A DNA stretch of 64,000 nt from Octopus sinensis (taxonomy: Eukaryota): assembly GCF_006345805.1 (NCBI RefSeq), contig NC_043019.1:24799360-24863359 (forward strand), read 5' to 3'. Made by a program: the position numbers and the translations under genes. Positions within the stretch are counted from its first letter, which is position 1; every line of letters begins with the position of its first letter. The notes beneath the pieces were generated by a model. That model was not told the DNA's origin. It saw nothing but the letters and a program-made list of their open reading frames with translations, and searched no databases. Below, piece by piece: positions 56,045 through 64,000 of this stretch.

Positions 56045-56272
56045 TATTCTTTTACTTGTTTCAGTCATTTGACTGCGGCCATGCTGGAGCACCGCCTTTA
56101 GTCGAACAAATCGACCACAGGACTTTTTCTTTGTAAACCTAGTACTTATTCTGTCGGGGTTTTTTGGCCGAACCACTAGGTTATGGGGACGTAAACACAC
56201 CAGCAACGGTTGTCAAGCGATGATAGGAGGGACAGACACAGACACACAAATACACACACACACACACACACA

Positions 56273-56315
<43 letters not shown>

Positions 56316-56475
56316 ATATACGACGGGATTCGTTCAGTTTCCGTCTACCAAATGCACTCACAAGGCTTTGGTTGGCCCGAGGCTATAATAGAAAACACTT
56401 GCCCAAGGTACCACGCAATGAGACTGAAACCAGAACTATGTGGTTGGTAAGCAATCTACTTACCACACAGGCATT
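56045..56475 (-). mobile_element. SINE family A, full length
   Basis: Reverse complement of the family A consensus seen at 37572. Confidence 0.85.
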
Positions 56476-57148
56476 CCTGCTTACAGTACAATATTTTAGA
56501 AATAATCTATTAAAGGCGCAAGCGTAACTCTGTGGTAAGAACTTTTACTTCCCAACCACATGGTCCCGGGTTTACATCACAAAGCTGTTACCCAGAGTTT
56601 CACGTTTCCATTCATCAGACAGATCGCAACTGTCTGACGAACGGAAACATAAAAATCCGAGTAACAGTTTTGTGTTGTTTTTGCAGCTTTAATAAAAAAG
56701 CATATTACTCCGCCTTCGGTAATCGAGTACTATTATTTTCGCCTTATTTTGCATTTATGTGCTTACTCGTGTGTGTATACATATATACATATACATACAT
56801 ACATACTACATACATACATACATACATACATACATACATACATACATACATACATACATACATTATGTATTTTTCGGTGGTAGCAATAGCGTGGCGGCGT
56901 ATATATGTTCTGAAAGCACATATATAACTCTGAGTTCAAATGACACCTAGGTCGACTTTGCCTTTTATCGTTTCAGGGTCGTTTCAGAGTTTGCTTATCT
57001 GCCCATGACTCCGTGGTGTCTTACACCCAACACTTTGGGAGTGTATAAACTCCGTCACGCTTTTTGCAGCCATGGAAAAATATATACAAAACATGTACAT
57101 TATGTATGTGTAATTAGCAATATTTATTATACTAGAGCTGCTGTTAGT

Positions 57149-57193
<45 letters not shown>

Positions 57194-57712
57194 TGTGTGT
57201 GATTGTATGTGTCTGTGGGTGTGTGGGTGTTTGTGTACGTTTGTGTGTGTCTTTGTGTGTGTGCGCGTGTGAGTATGTGTGTTTGTGTGTGTGAGGGTGT
57301 GTATGTTCGTGTGTGTGTGTGTTTGTGTGTGTTTGTGTGAGTATTTGTGTGTATGTTTGTGTGCGTGCGTGTTTGTGTGTGTGTGTCGTGTGTGTGCGTG
57401 TGTGTGTGTGTGTGACCACCGCTTGAATACCGACGTCAGTGTGTTAGCGTCCTCGTAACTGAGCGTTTCGGCAAAAAGACCGGTAGAATAAGTGCCAGGC
57501 TCAAAAAGGAAATCAGTAGGTGAATCGATTCGTTCCACTACAAATTCTTGACGGCAGTGCCCCAGTATGGCCGCGGTCTAATGCTTGAAACAAGTCAAAG
57601 AGAAACGAGAAAAGCTCTTTTAGGCTGTTCAGGAAGACGAGACCGAACGACTTCATGAAGTCAATATAACTGAAACCGGTAAGAGATAAAAGATATATAT
57701 ATATATATATAT

Positions 57713-58653
57713 AATTAAACAATTTAGGAATGGCCTTAATAGGCCATTCGTCCACTAGAAAGAGCAGCCATAACTCAAACCGCTAAGTAGTAATTCAGAA
57801 ATTAGGTGAACATTTAAAAACATTTAATCAATTTAGGGTAGCAAAAAATTCAATAGAAATTTATCGCTACCAGCGGTCTAGTGGGAAAGAGAAAATAGTC
57901 AAAGACTAAATATATAAAATTAAAATTAAAATTAAACAATTTAGGAATGGCCTTAATAGGCCATTCGTCCACTAGAAAGATAAATTAGGGTAAACGTTTT
58001 TAAATTTTCACCTAATTTCTGAATTACTACTTAGCGGTTTGAGTTATGGCTGCTCTTTCTAGTGGACGAATGGCCTATTACGGCCATTCCTAAATTGTTT
58101 AATTTTAATTTTAATTTTATATATTTAGTCTTTGACTATTTTCTCTTTCCCACTAGACCGCTGGTAGCGATAAATTTCTATTGAATTTTTTGCTACCCTA
58201 AATTGATTAATTGATAATTTTCTGACTAATTCTGAGATTGAATCGGCAGTTTATATTTACTGCTGATAAGTTGGCGCGAAAACGATGGCATTGATACAGA
58301 CGCCTCGTGTATATCAGTCTCTCCCGGTTTCTTTACTGATGAAGTGTAACCCATGGTAGATTGACTTAATTTAATTTAATTAAGCTAGTTTACCATTAAA
58401 AACACCGAAACGATGCATCGTATAAAGATGAATTAGGGTAAACGTTTTTAAATTTGCACCTAATTTCTGAATTACTACTTAGCGGTTTGAGTTATGGCTG
58501 CTCTTTCTAGTGGACGAATGGCCTATTAAGGCCATTCCTAAATTGTTTAATTTTAAATTTATATATTTAGTCTTTGACTATTTTCTCTTTCCCACTAGAC
58601 CGCTGGTAGCGATAAATTTCTATTGAATTTTTTGCTACCCTAAATTGATTAAT
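57713..58653. mobile_element. PLE pseudo-LTR / retrozyme-like compound repeat (inverted block plus 448-bp direct repeat)
   Basis: Direct copies start at 57976 and 58424. Inverted permuted pieces at 57713-57980. (TA)n on both flanks. Confidence 0.85.
58330..58428 (+). ncRNA. Type-I hammerhead ribozyme with extended stem II
   Basis: Stem I tcttta/taaaga, core CTGATGA (58336-58342), stem II GTGT/ACAC plus a long hairpin, GAAA (58407-58410), stem III ACGA-tgca-TCGT, predicted cut after A58422. Confidence 0.85.
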
Positions 58654-58655
58654 AT

Positions 58656-58721
<66 letters not shown>

Positions 58722-58814
58722 ATATATATATAATATATATATATATAATATATATATATATAATATGAAAAAACAAGTCAAAATAGAAAATGCTAAAATA
58801 ATTTTATAAAGAAC

Positions 58815-58860
58815 ATTTCAGTACCGGTTTCGGTCATTTTGAGACCTTTTCAACTGTAAC
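58815..58860 (-). ncRNA. Minimal hammerhead with compensatory U3:A8 pair
   Basis: Reverse complement: cag TTGAAAA GGTC tcaaaat GACC GAAA CCGG TA ctg. Confidence 0.75.
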
Positions 58861-59061
58861 GATTAAATAATTAAATTTAGAAAAATTAAAAGAAAAGTTT
58901 TTTTAAAGGAATATTTGTATAGTGTTCAAATATAAGTGGCATTCTGCTTTCTCTGTCTCCCTTGTTTGCACACCCTTATATATATATATATATATATACG
59001 GAGTAAACACATAAATGTGAAACAAGGTGGAAAAAAGAGTACTCAAATACCAGTGGTAGAG

Positions 59062-59144
<83 letters not shown>

Positions 59145-59814
59145 TATATATGTATGTATATATATATATATGTATGTATGTTGTATGTATGTATGTATGT
59201 ATGTATGTATGCATGTATGTATGTATGTATGTATGTAGTATGCTTGTATTCACACGCACACTTACAGGCCTCGCACACACACATACACGCACACGCACAC
59301 GCACACAGACGCACACAGCTGACAACCTTGTAGATTGTAAGTTATATATGCTGAGAGATTAGGATTTCACAATGAACTTCCCCTTTTATTTGTTCTATTC
59401 ATCCCTTTCACGCGTTTTCATAAAAAAAATGACTGACATTCGTTCAATGACAGAAATATTTGGATTTCGACGTCAACTGCCACACCTCACCCTCTCGTTT
59501 GTAGCTCATAGGATCTCATCGATGAAAACGCCACCTGATACAAGGCTTAGGAGGACTCGAGATCTATCCCACACCTTACTGTCTTCTAGGTTGGTGTTGT
59601 TATCATTAGTTGACCTACTGAATATAGCAACCAAACATTGCAACAGACTTTAAAATGAATGAACAGAATTTTAAGACCTAGATTTTGGTTCCCAGAATGA
59701 TCTTCACAATAAAGTGAAAATGACGAGGCGAGAATTTTCTCGTGAATCTAAGTGCTCTTGTTAGTTGTATCATAAATGAAGTGATCTGGGTTACAGTTTC
59801 CTCGTTTGTCGACT

Positions 59815-59852
<38 letters not shown>

Positions 59853-60314
59853 TATTAAATATATTTTTATTGAAACACACCTTACGGAGACTCTTGTCTA
59901 GATTTACTTGGTTACGGTTTATGGGGCAGACATTCTGATCTTAAATTACTTCATTTTTTAATATTAAATCATCAGATATACGACTATTAAAATACTACGG
60001 GAAATCACTACACATGAAACAATCTCGCAATAATAAGAATGATAATGATGATGATGATGATGTTGATGATGATGATGATGATTTCAAATTTTGGCCCAAG
60101 CCAGAAAATTTCGGGGAACGGTAAGTTGGTTATATCACCCTAGTACTCCAGTGGTACTCATTTTATCGACCGCGACAGAATGAAAGGCAAAGTCGGCCTC
60201 GGCAGGATTTGAACTCAGAACACGAAGACAGACGAAGTGCCGCTAAGTGTTTTTCCCGGCCTACTAACGATTCTGCCAGCTCGTCGCTTTAATAATAATA
60301 ATAATGATAATAAT

Positions 60315-60387
<73 letters not shown>

Positions 60388-61884
60388 GTGTTCCAACAAT
60401 TTCGAATATTTACAACCGAGGGACTCCAGTAAAATCACTTGCGGTCCTGGGTTCAACGAGGTGATAGATTAAGTCTCCTATCGAAGAACAGGCACGGTCA
60501 GAGGGGATTCCACACAGTTTCCATCGAGTCAATTTCACGCAAAATATTCAGATGAACCCAAGCTAAGGTTGTAGATACTTCCCTTGTGTGCAACAGAAGA
60601 CGCCTTTACTCACCACCGAAAATCCGGCAAGGTGACCACCACCCAGGAGAGAAAAATGATGTCTTCGGGTAGGGTTTGGCAAATAATACGATCCGAAGAA
60701 CTATGAGCAAAATTTCTTGGTGGATTTTGGGATCCGTAGATAAGGAGGAAAAATATATTGATGGATATTGGGATGAAATAGAGAAGGGGACACACTATTT
60801 TGATGTACATTGATAGATAAAATATCTTTGTGGATATTGGGATCAATTAGAGAAGAGGAAAAAATATTTTGTGCTTTGCTTAAGTTTGTTTTTATGTTTT
60901 GTGAAAATCCTGTCGTGAACTTTGCTTTTCATCGTTCCAAAATGGATAAACTGTCAGTTTCAAATTCTGTCAGAATATAATCAACCATATTCCACCCAAC
61001 ATTGGTTTCAAATTTTAGCACAAGGCCAGCAATTTTGGAGGAGGAGATAAGTCGATTCCATTGATCCCACTGCTCAACTGGTCCTTACTTTATCGACCCC
61101 TGAAAAGATGAAAGGCAAAGTCGTCTTCGGCGGAATTTGAACTCAGAACGTAAAGCATTTGGCTAAGCATTTGGCCCGGTGTGCCACCCGTTCTGCCAGC
61201 TGGCCAACTTATATTCCATCCCATATAAAAAGCGGAGGACTTGACAGAATTGTTAGCATGCCGGGAAAAATGCTTAACAACATTCCGTTCGTCTTTACGT
61301 TCTGAGTTCAAATTCGGTCATGGTCGACTTTGTCTTTCATCCTATTGAAGTTGATAAAATAAATATCAGTTGAGTGCTGGGGTCGAGTTAATCGACTGTC
61401 GCCCCTTTTCCGAAAGTGCTGCCAAATTTTGAAACCAGTACCAGGAATTATCCATCTGTATTAGAAATCCTGATTAACACAGATCATTAATTTCTTAAGT
61501 GGGATGTGAGCTCCTTCGAAATGTTACATTGCTGTTCATGACATATTTGTAATAGCTATATACATGAGCCACTGCTGGGAGAGAACCCACGTACCTTAGT
61601 TTTGCACAGTGTTGTATTTCTCTTATCTAATCAGTTGTTCAGGATTTTCAATTCGGGGTGTTTTCAGTGAAAAATACACAAACATAAAACATACACACAC
61701 ACACACACACACACACATCTACACACGCAGAGAGAAAGAGAGAGAGAGGGAGGGAGATGGGGGAGAGAGAAGTGACCCGTAAAATATTAATTCTTCGTCA
61801 GATATTTGAGTAGTTGTGACATTCGTGCCTTTCCCCACGTGAATTAGCCTCGATGATGCAGCTTCCGATGAAATCCATCACTGC

Positions 61885-61920
<36 letters not shown>

Positions 61921-62144
61921 AACTACAATGCTGGAATCGAGCCTAAATTGTTTTCTGAGTTTCGAAAGAATTTAATGCGTTCCACGACGACATCAGACGA
62001 GAGACGAGATAGCCATCTTTTGTTGTCGGAAGAAAGTCCAAAGAAAATAAAGAGAAAGTTTAAAGACAACAATTTCTTTTTTTTTTTACTGATTGCACAC
62101 CGATTTGATGAGAACATACAACAACACCTCTCTCTCTCTCTGTC

Positions 62145-62176
<32 letters not shown>

Positions 62177-63453
62177 CCTCTCTCTCTCTGTCTCTCTCTG
62201 ACTCTCTCTCCCTCTCCCTCTGTCTCGCTTGCTCTTCTCTCCCGCCCATCACACCCTCTCTCTATTTTGGCAGTAGGCAATAATGTAAAAATGCTGATTT
62301 ATCAGTTTCACTCCCACTCGCACACATTCCAACAACAACAACAACAATAACAAACACGAAATAAAGGTTTGTTTGGTGTGTTTGTGTTTGTAGTAATTAT
62401 TACTCTGCATGCAGTGGCGACGGTGGTGCTGACTGCGGTGATGGCGGTGACGCCGGTGGGGGGAATGTCGGACTAAATACTTTGCTGTGTTCACTTACGT
62501 CACTTTCATAAATACCGAGTTCAAATCCTCCCGGAAGAAGTCAATTTTGCCTTTTACCTTTCCGTATATCGTTTGAATTAGGTCCTTGCGAAGTGCTGAG
62601 GTCGATTAAGTACTTGCGAAGTACTGGATTTAATTAAGGACGTTCGAAATACTGGGGGTCGATTAAGTAGACGATGTCTCCCGACAAAATTATTGCCCTT
62701 GTAACATTTTAAAAATGTTTTTATTGGATAAAAGCGGAACGGAAGTACTCGTGACCTTTAACACGGCCTCCATAAAATGGTGGAGTGGAGGGTAATAATC
62801 TTCAGACCGGAGACCTGGTCTTAATGTTTGCAGCGGGGTGTAGTACACCCAGGGACCAGGTGTTGTTGTTAAGCACAGCAACGTATTAAGTCTACCACCC
62901 AAAACCAAAAAAACTACCCCCTCTCCAACGTACATACCCGATGGGCATCCGTACATTTCCATACTTAAGTCTGTGGTTGTGGGTAACTTAGCAAGGTGAC
63001 ACGAAGTGGGACTGAACCAGGGACTTACTAGTTGCGAACTTTCTGATCGTTACAAAGCCATACCTGCACCTGTTGGATGGAAAGATCGGATGTTGACAAA
63101 GAAGTACCAGTCGCATACTGGGAGTCGTTTAAGTCGACAATAATTCTCCACACCTCACCTCAGTCATCTTCCGATCTTTCTTTCTTCTCCCACTGTCGTT
63201 ATCTTCAATATCCTGGTTGAAGTCACGTAACATTCGTCCGTCTCTTGTTATCACTTATATTACTGTTGTTATTATCACCAGACATCAAGTCAAAAAACAA
63301 CAAATTATTATCTGAACGTTTGCTTAATTTCATAACTGAAATTATTTCATGATGAATATAGTGATAACGGTTGGTTGTGTGTGTGCAGTTTCATGGTATT
63401 TCGGCGAACATATTGCTTTTTTTATAGCCTGGTGTATGTGTATTAATATTGTG

Positions 63454-63492
<39 letters not shown>

Positions 63493-63671
63493 GTAGATAA
63501 AGGTAGATAGAAAGGTAGACAGGTATATGTGTGTGTATGGATGTCTGCGAGTGTAGACACGGATATTATGTATCTGTATCTACTTGTATACTTGTAAAAC
63601 ACGGGTCCATATTTTGGTAACGTATATATATATATATATTCTTTTTTTAGAGCTGCGGCCATGCTGATGCA

Positions 63672-63719
<48 letters not shown>

Positions 63720-63728
63720 GCATACATG

Positions 63729-63788
<60 letters not shown>

Positions 63789-64000
63789 ATATTATATATA
63801 TCATATATTGTGTGTGTGTGTATTGTTTTCTTTCCGGATCACCATTTATCTAATGTAGTCTCATCTGAAATAGCACAGCAATCTTGTTTTAGGTGCTGGG
63901 CATATTAAGTTTTCTCTCTGAACACTATCTCCAGGCCTATGAGTACCTTCATGGGTATTCGCTTTGTCGCAAGTATTCGAACTAAACACCCATCCGAGGA

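Noticed and set aside
60700-60880. Triplicated K(F/Y)xxG(F/Y)WD motif
   Set aside because: Copies are in different frames or interrupted by stops, so this is more likely a decayed short tandem repeat.

Overview
AT-rich, microsatellite-saturated eukaryotic DNA. The SINE/LINE content and (TA)/(CA)/(GATA)/(TATG)/(AAT) tracts look like an octopus genome (inferred, not verified). Nearly all long ORFs in the track are microsatellite artefacts. Two real genes are visible. (1) The 5' part of WDR41 on the minus strand: four phase-compatible exons at 3461-3400, 1860-1748, 1509-1461 and 835-707, continuing off the left edge. (2) A plus-strand exon at 36266-36482 encoding a signal peptide plus a reduced two-cysteine spondin-type TSP1 module. 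The rest is mobile DNA: a DD36E Tc1-like transposon, decayed mariners, Tx1/L1-like, CR1/L2-like, RTE and RLE-type LINE fragments, Penelope-like elements (PLE), and at least four tRNA-derived SINE families. The most striking unannotated signal is eight type-I hammerhead-ribozyme motifs with several core variants, mostly in PLE-like repeats embedded in (TA)n. One lies in a 448-bp tandem unit whose repeat boundary falls at the predicted cleavage site. All analysis was by eye; no alignment, folding or database search was run.
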